A stretch of DNA of 64,000 nucleotides, taken from NCBI GenBank assembly GCA_963528845.1, contig CAURXJ010000001.1, forward strand, positions 103,378 through 167,377. The letters are read 5' to 3'. The position numbers and the translations under genes are program-made. Below, piece by piece: positions 44,642 through 54,228 of this stretch. This DNA comes from an uncultured Capnocytophaga sp. GTDB lineage: Bacteria > Bacteroidota > Bacteroidia > Flavobacteriales > Flavobacteriaceae. Below the pieces are notes generated by a model, which saw only the letters and a list, made by a program, of their open reading frames with translations, did no database searches and was not told the origin of the DNA. How positions within the stretch are numbered: position 1 is the first letter of the stretch; each line of letters opens with the position of its first letter.

Positions 44642-45082
44642 TTACTCTTCACTCTTCATTTTCCTGAGTCTCATTCCCAGCCAGATACCTACCCCTAAGG
44701 TCTGTATTCCTCCGAAAATAAGGAAGACAAGAAAGAGAATTCCTAAGTCATTCCAATTAAAATAAAAAAGGGAGTAGTGGGCATTTTCTACAAAGTATCC
44801 GGTAAGAACTCCTTCGAAAAGTAAGAAAAAAAGAATGATAATCCCTAAGTAGATTTGTAAGGCACGCGGTTGTCGCTCAAAAGGGAAAAATTCACCTATG
44901 AGGATACCCAAAACAACACACATAAGTACCCCGCTTCCTATAGGGAGAAGATTTCCTTTAAAATCGCTAAAGAAACCAACATGGTTCGTGGTTATTAGAA
45001 AATTCACACTCTCATAGGTTAGTAGAGCCAAGAGTACTTCTATGGCAATAGCGATAAGGATATATTGCGTTGCTTTTTTCAT
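44642..45082 (-). CDS. Small multi-pass membrane protein, paralog 1
   Basis: MKKATQYIL..IEV start; LGILIGEFFPFER motif shared with neighbours. Confidence 0.75.
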   Translation of the reverse strand: MKKATQYILIAIAIEVLLALLTYESVNFLITTNHVGFFSDFKGNLLPIGSGVLMCVVLGILIGEFFPFERQPRALQIYLGIIILFFLLFEGVLTGYFVENAHYSLFYFNWNDLGILFLVFLIFGGIQTLGVGIWLGMRLRKMKSEE

Positions 45083-45144
45083 CTGTATACAAATTTAGGT
45101 AATTAGGGAGTAGTGGGTGCCGCTCACTGCTCACTAATATTTTG

Positions 45145-45152
45145 CAAAGGTA
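45145..45152 (-). promoter_or_regulatory. -7 promoter element (TACCTTTG) for the membrane-protein trio
   Basis: TAnnTTTG match, back-to-back with the tatA promoter. Confidence 0.6.
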
Positions 45153-45195
45153 CATTAAAAATATTATTTTTTATTACAGATATAAAAAAATCTTG

Positions 45196-45203
45196 TATCT
45201 TTG
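45196..45203 (+). promoter_or_regulatory. -7 promoter element (TATCTTTG) for tatA
   Basis: TAnnTTTG match upstream of the ATG at 45219. Confidence 0.7.
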
Positions 45204-45218
45204 CACTCAAAAAAAGTT

Positions 45219-45458
45219 ATGTTAGCAAATCATATTTTCTTGGGAGTGATAGGAGCTCCACAAGTGATCATCATCATAGCAGTAGCCCTTTTGTTCTTCG
45301 GAGGTAAGAAAATTCCAGAGCTGATGCGCGGCTTAGGAGGGGGGATACGTGAGTTCAAAGATGCCATGAAGGACGGACAAGAACCTCAACAAACCCCTGA
45401 AAAAAGAGAAGGGCTTACTCGAGAAGATTTGAAAAAATTAGAAGAGAAAAATAGCTAA
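45219..45458 (+). CDS. tatA: Twin-arginine translocase TatA/TatE subunit
   Basis: TM helix followed by FGGKKIPELMRGLGGGIREFK. Confidence 0.93.
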   Translation: MLANHIFLGVIGAPQVIIIIAVALLFFGGKKIPELMRGLGGGIREFKDAMKDGQEPQQTPEKREGLTREDLKKLEEKNS

Positions 45459-45482
45459 ACACTTGGAACTTATACACAAGCG

Positions 45483-45532
45483 AAAAAGACTTTCACTCGG
45501 CCTGTCCTAAGATAGGCTGAAGGGAAGTTTTT
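45483..45532 (+). terminator. Hairpin/terminator after tatA
   Basis: GGCCTGTC-CTAA-GATAGGCT core extended by AAGACTTTC/GGAAGTTTT, with T-run. Confidence 0.6.
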
Positions 45533-45577
45533 GTGTTTGATAGGTGGCAGTGAGTAGTAAAACTAAAAATTCGATTC

Positions 45578-46714
45578 ATGACAATATTAAAAGCACAAGT
45601 AATAGAAGCACTCCGTAAGATCACCTCTCCAGGGGAGGGGGGAAACCTTATCGATGCGGGTGTGGTTAAGAATATAGTCGTTTTTGGAGATGAAGTAGTG
45701 GTCGATGCTACTATCTCCAATCCTTCCTTACAAGCAAAAAAGAAGGTAGAGGTTGAAATCATGAAGGCAATCCATGCAGAAGTGTATGAGAAAGCAAAAG
45801 TGAAAGTAAATATTACTGTAGAGGTAGCTCCTACTTCTCAAACAAATGAGATAAAAGGCAAACCTATAGAGGGGATTAAGAATATTATAGCAGTAGCCTC
45901 CGGTAAGGGAGGGGTGGGCAAATCCACCGTTACGGCCAATCTGGCTGTTGCCTTGCGCAAAATGGGCTTTAAGGTAGGGCTCTTGGATGCAGATATCTAT
46001 GGTCCTTCTATTCCTATGATGTTCGATGTACAAGAAGAGCGCCCTATATCGGTGGAAATCGATGGGCGTTCCAAGATGAAACCCGTGGAGAACTATGGAG
46101 TAAAAATCCTCTCCATAGGCTTTTTTACACACCCTGATCAAGCAGTGATATGGAGAGGCCCTATGGCGAGCAAAGCGCTGAACCAGATGATCTTCGATGC
46201 CGATTGGGGCGAATTGGACTTCTTGCTTATCGACCTACCTCCAGGTACGGGAGATATTCACCTGAGTATCATGCAAGCGCTCCCCATCACAGGAGCCATT
46301 GTAGTGAGTACCCCACAGAATGTTGCGCTGGCTGATGCTCGTAAGGGGATCGCTATGTTCCGCCAAGAAACGATCAATGTACCTGTACTGGGGCTGGTGG
46401 AGAATATGGCTTACTTCACTCCGGCAGAACTTCCTGAGAACAAATATTATATATTCGGAAAGGAAGGAGTGAAATCCTTGGCTGAGCGTACTGATACCCC
46501 GCTGCTTGGTGAAATTCCTTTGGTGCAAAGTCTTCGTGAATCAGGCGATGTGGGTCGCCCTGCAGCACTCCAGGAGGGTACTCCACTAGCTAAAGCTTTT
46601 GAGGACTTCGCACGCAATGCTGTAGCAGAGGTGGTCACCCGCAATCAGTACCTTGCTCCTACCGAGGCCATCAAGATTACCACCATGGCTGGCTGTAGTC
46701 CTAAGAAAAAGTAA
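45578..46714 (+). CDS. mrp: Mrp/NBP35 (ApbC) Fe-S cluster carrier ATPase
   Basis: SGKGGVGKST, DADIYGPS, WRGPM, DLPPGTGD and ENM motifs. Confidence 0.93.
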   Translation: MTILKAQVIEALRKITSPGEGGNLIDAGVVKNIVVFGDEVVVDATISNPSLQAKKKVEVEIMKAIHAEVYEKAKVKVNITVEVAPTSQTNEIKGKPIEGIKNIIAVASGKGGVGKSTVTANLAVALRKMGFKVGLLDADIYGPSIPMMFDVQEERPISVEIDGRSKMKPVENYGVKILSIGFFTHPDQAVIWRGPMASKALNQMIFDADWGELDFLLIDLPPGTGDIHLSIMQALPITGAIVVSTPQNVALADARKGIAMFRQETINVPVLGLVENMAYFTPAELPENKYYIFGKEGVKSLAERTDTPLLGEIPLVQSLRESGDVGRPAALQEGTPLAKAFEDFARNAVAEVVTRNQYLAPTEAIKITTMAGCSPKKK

Positions 46715-46732
46715 TATCTAAATTTTTTATAA

Positions 46733-47173
46733 ATGCACGAGATAACCGCCTATTGGGAAGGCGACATGCAATTCACCTCCACAAATCCTAGTGGAAACTC
46801 ATTCTTTATCGATACCACTCCTGAAAACGGAGGGGAAAACAATGGCATGCATCCTAAAGCTCTTATGCTTTCTGCTTTGGCAGGATGTACTGGCTTGGAT
46901 GTATTGGCGCTGCTTAAGAAAAAGCAGATAGAGCTGGACAACTTTACCCTTGATGTCAAAGGGAAACTTACCAAGAACCACCCTCGCACCTATGAGGAGG
47001 TGACAGTGAGCTATTTCTTTGAGGGGGCTGACCTAGATGTAGAACAAATCACCCATGTAGTAAGCCTCTCAGTGGAGAAATATTGTGGGGTCATAGCCAT
47101 GTTCCGCCAGTTCGCTACCGTGAATATTAAGCTGTTCTTTAACTCGGAAGAACACCCTTACAATGCCCAGTAA
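46733..47173 (+). CDS. OsmC family protein
   Basis: P..LMLSALAGCTG..V and second Cys in EKYCGV. Confidence 0.88.
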   Translation: MHEITAYWEGDMQFTSTNPSGNSFFIDTTPENGGENNGMHPKALMLSALAGCTGLDVLALLKKKQIELDNFTLDVKGKLTKNHPRTYEEVTVSYFFEGADLDVEQITHVVSLSVEKYCGVIAMFRQFATVNIKLFFNSEEHPYNAQ

Positions 47174-48875
47174 GCTGGTTTGGAATTTTCTACCTACCCC
47201 CCAGCAGAATGAGGTAGAGACCCTCGCCTCTGCCCTTTTTCAGGTACAAGAAATACTCCCCTGGCATAGGACTATAGCGAGCCTACTCTTACAAAGAGGA
47301 ATTGCAACTGTAGAGCAAGCTAAGACATTCTTCAATCCATCCCTGTCGGATCTTTTCAATCCTTTTCTGATGAAGGACATGGATAGAGCTGTGGAGCGCA
47401 TTCTTTTGGCTATGGCACATAAGGAGCGTATTCTCATCTATGGAGATTACGATGTGGATGGTACTTGTTCGGTAGCACTCTTGTACCTCTTCCTTTCGAA
47501 GATCTACCCAGAGGTAGCCTATTATGTACCGGATAGGTATAGGGAGGGCTATGGGGTCTCCTGTGAGGGGATTGACTTTGCTCAGGATAATGAGATGTCA
47601 CTTATCATCACCTTGGACTGTGGTATCAAAGCCCATGATAAGGTGCTCTATGCTCGTGAGCGAGGGATTGATATGATTATCACCGATCACCATACTCCCG
47701 ATGATACGATCCCTCCGGCGGTAGCTGTACTCAATCCTAAGCGCACTGACTGTTCTTATCCCTATAAGGAACTCTGTGGCTGTGGCATTGGCTTTAAGCT
47801 CATTCAGGCGCTTTGTAAATCCTTAGGCTATCCCCTTGAGACAGCCTATGCTTATTTGGACTTGGTTGCCTTGGCTACTTGTGCGGATATTGTTCCTATC
47901 ACAGGAGAAAACCGAATATTAGTCTCGGCCGGCCTTAAACAGATAAATGAGCGCCCCTCTGAAGTGATGCAATTACTTCTCTCAACGGCTAATCCTCCGA
48001 TTCAGGTCAGGGACTTAGTTTTTGTGGTAGCTCCTCGGATCAATGCTGCTGGGCGTATGAACCATGCTTCTCGTGCAGTGGATTTTCTCATAGGGGAATC
48101 CATGGGAGAAGCTACACTTCTGGAACACTTTAACACCCAGCGAAAAACAGCCGATGAGCAGATTACTCAGGAAGCCCTAAGCCAGATTCTGCACTCTCAT
48201 GAAGAAGATGCCCCTGCTACAGTGGTTTTTTCTCCTCATTGGCATAAAGGGGTGATTGGGATTGTTGCCTCACGCCTTACAGAAATTTACTATCGTCCTA
48301 CGATTGTCTTTACTCAGAGTGGGGAAGTATTGGCAGCCTCAGCCCGTTCGGTTAGGGGGTTCAACCTCTATGAGGCACTCTGTGAGTGTAAGGACGAGCT
48401 TATCCAGTTCGGCGGGCATACTGCGGCGGCTGGGATGACACTGCTTCCGGAGAATTACCAGCGCTTTAAGCAGAAATTCCAAGCAGTGGTGGATCGTACC
48501 CTACCACAGGAGCTTCGCTCTCCTACAATTATGATAAGTGCTAAAATGCCCTTATATGCGATTACTTCTTCTTTCTATCGCTGTTTGCAGCGCTTTTCTC
48601 CCTTTGGGCCTAAGAATATGACTCCCATCTTTCAGGCAGATGAGGTCATTGCCAAGAGTGTTTCCTTGGTAGGGAGTGATTGTAGCCACTTGCGTATGAT
48701 CCTTACAGATACTTCTCTCAAACAGGAATTTGTGGCTATTGGCTTTGGATTAGGTCATAAGAAAGAAGCAGTAGAAAGCGGAAAGCCTTTTACTATAGCT
48801 TATGAACTGTCTGAAAATCATTGGAGAGGCACTACTTCTTTACAATTGGTCGTAAAAATGATCAATGATCAATGA
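47163..48875 (+). CDS. recJ: Single-stranded-DNA-specific exonuclease RecJ
   Basis: YGDYDVDG, TLDCG, TDHH, PRINAAGR and FGGH..AAG motifs. Confidence 0.96.
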   Translation: MPSKLVWNFLPTPQQNEVETLASALFQVQEILPWHRTIASLLLQRGIATVEQAKTFFNPSLSDLFNPFLMKDMDRAVERILLAMAHKERILIYGDYDVDGTCSVALLYLFLSKIYPEVAYYVPDRYREGYGVSCEGIDFAQDNEMSLIITLDCGIKAHDKVLYARERGIDMIITDHHTPDDTIPPAVAVLNPKRTDCSYPYKELCGCGIGFKLIQALCKSLGYPLETAYAYLDLVALATCADIVPITGENRILVSAGLKQINERPSEVMQLLLSTANPPIQVRDLVFVVAPRINAAGRMNHASRAVDFLIGESMGEATLLEHFNTQRKTADEQITQEALSQILHSHEEDAPATVVFSPHWHKGVIGIVASRLTEIYYRPTIVFTQSGEVLAASARSVRGFNLYEALCECKDELIQFGGHTAAAGMTLLPENYQRFKQKFQAVVDRTLPQELRSPTIMISAKMPLYAITSSFYRCLQRFSPFGPKNMTPIFQADEVIAKSVSLVGSDCSHLRMILTDTSLKQEFVAIGFGLGHKKEAVESGKPFTIAYELSENHWRGTTSLQLVVKMINDQ

Positions 48876-48963
48876 TTAATGAACAATGATTAATGATTAA
48901 TGAACAATGATCAATGACTGCTCACTGTTCACTGTTTTCTGCTCACTATTCACTGCTCACTGA
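48857..48963. repeat. Bipartite heptamer tract (AATGATY/AATGAAC, then CTGYTCA) overlapping the recJ stop
   Basis: About 8 aatgatc/aatgatt/aatgaac units, then ctgctca ctgttca ctgtttt ctgctca ctattca ctgctca. Confidence 0.92.
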
Positions 48964-49080
48964 AAACTATAGATAAAATCTATAATGAAATAGATTTTTT
49001 CTAAAAATTGGAATGATTATAAATTTCTTTGTTGTAGAAAAAAATTGGAGGTAAAAGTCAAAAAATCCAAAGAGATTGAG

Positions 49081-49088
49081 TACTTTTG
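49081..49088 (+). promoter_or_regulatory. -7 promoter element (TACTTTTG) for ccoG
   Basis: TAnnTTTG match upstream of the start. Confidence 0.7.
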
Positions 49089-49114
49089 CAGTAGTTTTTT
49101 AACCTTTTACCCTC

Positions 49115-50524
49115 ATGGAACAAGAATCTTTCCGTAACTCCATAGGTACTGTGGATACTTCTGGCAAGCGTGTATGGGCTTATCCTAAGAAGCCTAAAGG
49201 GCGCTATTACCGCTATCGTAAGTATGTGAGTTATTTGCTCCTTGCTATATTTTTCATCTCTCCTTTTCTCAAGATTGATGGCAATCAGTTTTTACTCTTT
49301 AACATCATAGAGCGTAGATTCAATATCTTTGGGTTTCCATTTTGGCCTCAGGATTTTTACCTCTTTGTGCTTTCTCTGATCATAGGAGTGGTCTTTATCC
49401 TGCTCTTTACGGTGGCCTTTGGGCGTATTTTCTGTGGATGGGTTTGTCCACAGACTATCTTCCTTGAGATGGTCTTCCGTCGTGTGGAGTATGTTATAGA
49501 GGGCGATCGCAATGCCCAAATGAAGCTTGATAAGCAAGAATGGAACGCCGAAAAGATACGTAAGAAAGGGCTTAAGTGGCTTGTCTTCTTTATGATTTCT
49601 TTTGTGGTTTCCAATGTCTTCTTGGCTTATATCATCGGGAGTGATCAGCTCTTGGTAGAGATCAAGGAAGGCCCCTTAAAGCACCTCAATACTTTCGTTG
49701 CACTACTGATTTTCACCAGTGTTTTCTACTTTGTTTTTGCTTGGTTCCGTGAACAGGTGTGTATCATCGCTTGTCCTTACGGGCGCTTGCAAGGAGTGCT
49801 TTTGGACAACAAATCCATCGTGGTGGCCTATGACTACAAGCGCGGGGAAGGGGAGAATGGTCGTAAGAAGTTCCGTAAGAATGAGGACAGAAAAGCACTT
49901 GGCAATGGGGATTGTATAGACTGTTTTCAGTGTGTGCATGTGTGTCCGACCAATATAGATATTCGAAATGGTACTCAATTGGAGTGTGTGAACTGTACCG
50001 CTTGTATTGATGCCTGTGACGAGGTTATGGTCAAGTCCGGTATGCCTAAGGGACTGATTCGCTTTGCCAGTGAGGAGGAAATAGCCAAAAAAGAGCCTTT
50101 CCGCTTTACAGCACGTATGAAGGGATATGCTTCAGTGCTTGCCATATTGGTAGGAATCCTTATAGGGTTACTCTTCTTGCGTAGTGATGTGCAAGCTAAT
50201 ATCTTACGACTACCTGGCCAGCTCTACCAAAAAGAAGGAGAGATTATCTCCAATGTCTATACTTACAAGATTATCAATAAGACAACTGAGGATTTCAAGC
50301 ATATTACCTTCAAAATAGTAGAACCTAAACAGGCCAAGATAGAGATGGTAGGTAATCCCGACATCACCTTGGACAAACAAGGGATAGCCAGTGGAACCCT
50401 CTTTATCAAGCTTCATCAAGCCTTTGTGACGGATAAGAAGCTCAAGCTCAAGATAGAAGTCTATAGTGGTGAGAATCGCATAGAAAGTACTACTACCACC
50501 TTCTCAGGGCCAGTCACCTTTTAA
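49115..50524 (+). CDS. ccoG: Cytochrome c oxidase accessory protein CcoG/FixG (4Fe-4S membrane protein)
   Basis: GRIFCGWVCPQT, C...CPYGRLQ, CIDCFQCVHVCP and CVNCTACIDAC motifs. Confidence 0.95.
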   Translation: MEQESFRNSIGTVDTSGKRVWAYPKKPKGRYYRYRKYVSYLLLAIFFISPFLKIDGNQFLLFNIIERRFNIFGFPFWPQDFYLFVLSLIIGVVFILLFTVAFGRIFCGWVCPQTIFLEMVFRRVEYVIEGDRNAQMKLDKQEWNAEKIRKKGLKWLVFFMISFVVSNVFLAYIIGSDQLLVEIKEGPLKHLNTFVALLIFTSVFYFVFAWFREQVCIIACPYGRLQGVLLDNKSIVVAYDYKRGEGENGRKKFRKNEDRKALGNGDCIDCFQCVHVCPTNIDIRNGTQLECVNCTACIDACDEVMVKSGMPKGLIRFASEEEIAKKEPFRFTARMKGYASVLAILVGILIGLLFLRSDVQANILRLPGQLYQKEGEIISNVYTYKIINKTTEDFKHITFKIVEPKQAKIEMVGNPDITLDKQGIASGTLFIKLHQAFVTDKKLKLKIEVYSGENRIESTTTTFSGPVTF

Positions 50525-50563
50525 AAAGAGTGAAGTATGAAATTCTTCATACTTCACTCTTTT
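50524..50563 (+). terminator. Rho-independent terminator after ccoG
   Basis: AAAAGAGTGAAGTATGAA / TTCATACTTCACTCTTTT perfect inverted repeat. Confidence 0.85.
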
Positions 50564-50570
50564 CATTTCT

Positions 50571-50578
50571 TATCTTTG
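50571..50578 (+). promoter_or_regulatory. -7 promoter element (TATCTTTG) for the DCC gene
   Basis: TAnnTTTG match upstream of the start. Confidence 0.55.
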
Positions 50579-50616
50579 TCCTTGCCTGATCATTAGGTTA
50601 TAAATATCTGAGAATT

Positions 50617-50982
50617 ATGAAAGAAAAATTCCTATTGTATGATGGAGATTGCTTGTTCTGCAATCGTATAGCTTATTTTCTATCCCAAAAAGATAGAGAA
50701 GGAAGATTTCTCTATATAGCCAATACCTCCCAGCAGGGAATGGATATATGCAAGCAGTATCATTTAGAAGAGCTTACACAAAAAACAATTGTAGTGAAGG
50801 TAGGGGAGAATCTCTATACCCAGTCACAAGCCGTCTATTATTTTCTAAAGGAATGTAAGCTGTTCCCTTTGCTGCGTTTTTTGATAAAAATAACCCCTTC
50901 TTTCATAGCCGATTTTGTATACGACTACATTGCTAAGCGGCGAAAGTCTTTAGGTAAATATTGTCCTATTCCTACTCGCTAA
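50617..50982 (+). CDS. DCC1-like (DUF393) thiol-disulfide oxidoreductase family protein
   Basis: N-terminal YDGDCLFC (DxxCxxC) and C-terminal YDYIAKRR motif. Confidence 0.88.
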   Translation: MKEKFLLYDGDCLFCNRIAYFLSQKDREGRFLYIANTSQQGMDICKQYHLEELTQKTIVVKVGENLYTQSQAVYYFLKECKLFPLLRFLIKITPSFIADFVYDYIAKRRKSLGKYCPIPTR

Positions 50983-51055
50983 GAACCTTTTTATCACATC
51001 CCCAAGCTTATTTGTTGGTCACATACTCCCTCAGGCGACTTTGCTTTTCTCTCTA

Positions 51056-52291
51056 CTATCTGGTTACTTGCGTGCTTTGTAGGTTGCCCATACCGATCAC
51101 TCGGTCGTATAGATCATTCACAGAGCGGTAATATACAAGTACTGTATAGGTATTTTCTGTCTGGTAGTGATTCCCTCCTATAGCATTGTAATCGGCTTTA
51201 CCATTGCGCTTTATAGCAAACTTATAATTATAGAACCCTTGCTTGAGATATACGCCCCCTATGTATATCTTTTGTTTTTCATCATAGTGAAGTTCATATT
51301 CCTTAGTCAGTGCATTATCTGAGAATGCGCCATATACATATAGTTGGTCATTGGGCTGTAAGTCCTTAGGGGCAGCGAGGCTGAACTGTACCAAGGCATA
51401 TTCTCCCTCTATCGTAGCATTGCGCCCTTGATCACTGGTGATACGAAAAGCGCCATCTATATCGGGGTTGTAGGTGTAGGGAAGGCCTGCTCGTGGCATT
51501 TGGGTAAAGAGCTGACAGAGATAGTTGTTCCCCTCCCGGCGGGTAGCATAGACTCCAGAGGTAGGAGTGCGCAGATCTCGGTTCTCAAAATACAAATATT
51601 CGTTCCCTCCTTCGAAGGATGTTTCTCGATCATACTTATACACAAGCTCGTTGCCCAGGATAAATTGAGGCTTGACATTCTTGATGGCATTGTCCCAGCG
51701 GTAGTTCTGTAGGATCGCTATCTTGACAGAGGTATTGGGGGTCTGGAACTGAAGTTCTTTGGAGGTGATTTTCATCTGTACACTCTGGCGTGTCTCGGCA
51801 TATTTTACTTCACGGCTTTGATGTACAGAGAGTTGTACCAATGCTGTGCGAGTATAGAGGACAAAGCGGCGTGTGAAGATAGGGCGTTGCTCACTATCGG
51901 TTACTGTCAGGAGATAGTTCCCTGTGATAAGGAAATCGGTCTCATTATTTGGCAGGGTCAGGTCATAGTGGGTATAGGGTTGCAGGGTACCATAGGAGTT
52001 CCTATACTGGGTGATGCGTACATCATCCATTCCCTTGAGATACTCGCTTTTGAGCAATCCCGAAGGCTGCCAATCGTAGTTACAATGGGTAAGGGTGTAG
52101 TAATAGTCTGCTTCCTGCCCCCTAAGGTCGTCGAAGGAAAGGGTAAAGGGACTTCCCAAGCTCACAATAGGCAGTTGCATCAAGGGATCATCTGAGCCGC
52201 GAAACTCTATGGTTCGGATATAGTCAGGAGCAGACAACTCCTGTGCAAAGGAGCAGATAGGAAGCAATAGCAAGAGTAATAATTTCTTCAT
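51056..52291 (-). CDS. DUF5103 family protein (type IX secretion system plug-like)
   Basis: Signal peptide; LSFDDL, HCNYDW, GNY, GGNEY, LKQGFYNY and TEN.Y.VLVYYR motifs. Confidence 0.8.
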   Translation of the reverse strand: MKKLLLLLLLPICSFAQELSAPDYIRTIEFRGSDDPLMQLPIVSLGSPFTLSFDDLRGQEADYYYTLTHCNYDWQPSGLLKSEYLKGMDDVRITQYRNSYGTLQPYTHYDLTLPNNETDFLITGNYLLTVTDSEQRPIFTRRFVLYTRTALVQLSVHQSREVKYAETRQSVQMKITSKELQFQTPNTSVKIAILQNYRWDNAIKNVKPQFILGNELVYKYDRETSFEGGNEYLYFENRDLRTPTSGVYATRREGNNYLCQLFTQMPRAGLPYTYNPDIDGAFRITSDQGRNATIEGEYALVQFSLAAPKDLQPNDQLYVYGAFSDNALTKEYELHYDEKQKIYIGGVYLKQGFYNYKFAIKRNGKADYNAIGGNHYQTENTYTVLVYYRSVNDLYDRVIGMGNLQSTQVTR

Positions 52292-52313
52292 GAGTTTTTA
52301 CTTTTTGAGTTGG

Positions 52314-52321
52314 CAAAAATA
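52314..52321 (-). promoter_or_regulatory. -7 promoter element (TATTTTTG) for the DUF5103 gene
   Basis: TAnnTTTG match upstream of the start. Confidence 0.6.
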
Positions 52322-52340
52322 CAAAAAAAAGATGAAAATA

Positions 52341-52371
52341 TTTGCGGAGAATATAAAAAAGAGTATCTTTG
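52341..52371 (+). promoter_or_regulatory. Promoter for pgi (-33 TTTG, 19-nt spacer, -7 TATCTTTG)
   Basis: Canonical Bacteroidota promoter geometry. Confidence 0.8.
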
Positions 52372-52378
52372 CGGGAGA

Positions 52379-52430
52379 TATCTAAAGTTAGCGGCCAGTA
52401 GTTCCCTTCGGGGGTGAGGTAGCTAAGATA
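52379..52430 (+). other. Structured 5' leader hairpin with a C(UUCG)G tetraloop upstream of pgi
   Basis: TATC/GATA, TTAGC/GCTAA, GCC/GGT and TCCC-TTCG-GGGG nested stems beginning at the predicted TSS. Confidence 0.5.
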
Positions 52431-52534
52431 GAAGAACTTAAAAAGGTGCTATAGAGGGCGAATGAAGAGAGGTTAATCCCTATCTAAACCCCTATAATCC
52501 TAAAATCCTTAGAACTAAAAAAATAAAAAATATA

Positions 52535-54148
52535 ATGTTAGCAACACAGAATCCTACACAGACCAAGGCTTGGGCGGCCTTAGAAGCTCATTTTGCTAAG
52601 GTAAAAGATGTTACCTTACAACAACTCTTTGCACAAGATGCAGCACGTGCTCCCAAGTATACCCTCCAGTGGGAAGACTTTTGGGTGGACTACTCCAAGA
52701 ACAATTGGGATGAGACCACCCGTAATCTCCTTTTGCAATTGGCTGAAGAATGCGACCTAAAGGCCTCTATTGAGAAGTATTTCACAGGTGACAAGATCAA
52801 CGCTACCGAAGGCCGTGCAGTACTCCATACTGCCTTGCGCTCGGCTGAGAAAGAAATCTTGGTCAATGGGCAAAATGTCATCCCTGAAGTAGCCCAAGTA
52901 AAGGCCAAAATTAAGGATTTCAGTCAGGAAATCATCTCTGGTAAGCGCAAAGGTTATACAGGCAAGCCCTTTACCGATGTGGTGAATATCGGTATCGGTG
53001 GGTCGGACTTAGGTCCTGTGATGGTTACCGAAGCCCTGAAGTTCTACAAAAATCATCTCAACATTCACTTTATCAGCAATGTAGATGGCGATCATGTACA
53101 TGAAGTGATTAAGCATCTCAACCCTGAGACTACTCTTTTTGTGATTGTTTCTAAGACTTTTACCACACAGGAGACCCTCTCCAATGCCCTTACAGTGAAA
53201 AAGTGGTTCCTCAAGCATGCCAAAGAGGCTGATGTGGCTAAGCACTTCGTAGCGGTTTCCACTAACCTCAAGAAGATAGATGAGTTCGGTATTGCCCCTG
53301 AGAATGTATTCCCTATGTGGGACTGGGTAGGGGGGCGTTTCTCCTTATGGAGTGCCGTAGGGCTTACCATTGCCCTTTCAGTAGGCTATGAAAACTTTGA
53401 AGCGCTCCTTTTGGGTGCCCAAAAGATGGATACCCACTTCCGCACCGCATCCTTCAAGGAAAATCTTCCGGTGCTCTTGGCCTTGCTCTCTGTATGGTAT
53501 ACCAACTTCTATGGGGCAGAGACCGAAGCTATTATCCCCTATACCCAATACCTACATCGCTTCCCTGCCTACTTGCAACAAGCTATTATGGAGAGTAACG
53601 GAAAGTATATAGACCGTAGTGGACAGCGTGTCAGTTACCAGACGAGCGCCATCGTATGGGGAGAGCCAGGAACGAATGCTCAACATGCGTTTTTCCAACT
53701 CATTCACCAAGGTACCAAGCGCATTCCTGCCGACTTCATAGGCTTCAAGCACTCACTCTATGGAGATAAGGATCACCAAGATAAGCTCTTGGCTAATTTC
53801 TTTGCACAGACCGAAGCGCTCATGAATGGCAAAACACCAGAACAGGTACGTGCCGAGGGGGTAGCGGAACACTTAGTGCCTTTCAAGGTATTTGAGGGGA
53901 ACAAGCCTACCACTACCCTGCTTATTGACAAGCTCACCCCTGAGAGCCTTGGTAAGCTCATTGCCCTATACGAACATAAGATTTTCGTACAAGGGGTGCT
54001 ATGGAATATCTATAGCTATGACCAATGGGGAGTAGAACTCGGTAAGCAATTGGCTGGCACTATACTAAAGGACTTCTCAGCTGCCCATCCAGCCAAGCAT
54101 GATAGCTCCACTTTGCAACTTATTGAAAAAGTGAAGAGTGAAGAATGA
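52535..54148 (+). CDS. pgi: Glucose-6-phosphate isomerase
   Basis: [37 protein letters not shown] and DQWGVELGK motifs. Confidence 0.98.
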   Translation: MLATQNPTQTKAWAALEAHFAKVKDVTLQQLFAQDAARAPKYTLQWEDFWVDYSKNNWDETTRNLLLQLAEECDLKASIEKYFTGDKINATEGRAVLHTALRSAEKEILVNGQNVIPEVAQVKAKIKDFSQEIISGKRKGYTGKPFTDVVNIGIGGSDLGPVMVTEALKFYKNHLNIHFISNVDGDHVHEVIKHLNPETTLFVIVSKTFTTQETLSNALTVKKWFLKHAKEADVAKHFVAVSTNLKKIDEFGIAPENVFPMWDWVGGRFSLWSAVGLTIALSVGYENFEALLLGAQKMDTHFRTASFKENLPVLLALLSVWYTNFYGAETEAIIPYTQYLHRFPAYLQQAIMESNGKYIDRSGQRVSYQTSAIVWGEPGTNAQHAFFQLIHQGTKRIPADFIGFKHSLYGDKDHQDKLLANFFAQTEALMNGKTPEQVRAEGVAEHLVPFKVFEGNKPTTTLLIDKLTPESLGKLIALYEHKIFVQGVLWNIYSYDQWGVELGKQLAGTILKDFSAAHPAKHDSSTLQLIEKVKSEE

Positions 54149-54228
54149 AGAAAGAATAGTGAATATTCAGTTGTTCACTATTCACTATTAGCTAATCATT
54201 GATAATTAACCATTGACAATTAACCATT
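54132..54228. repeat. Heptamer tracts between pgi and the TA module
   Basis: agtgaag agtgaag aatgaag overlapping the pgi end; AATAGTGAA/TTCACTATT inverted pair; then aatcatt gataatt aaccatt gacaatt aaccatt up to the ATG. Confidence 0.85.
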
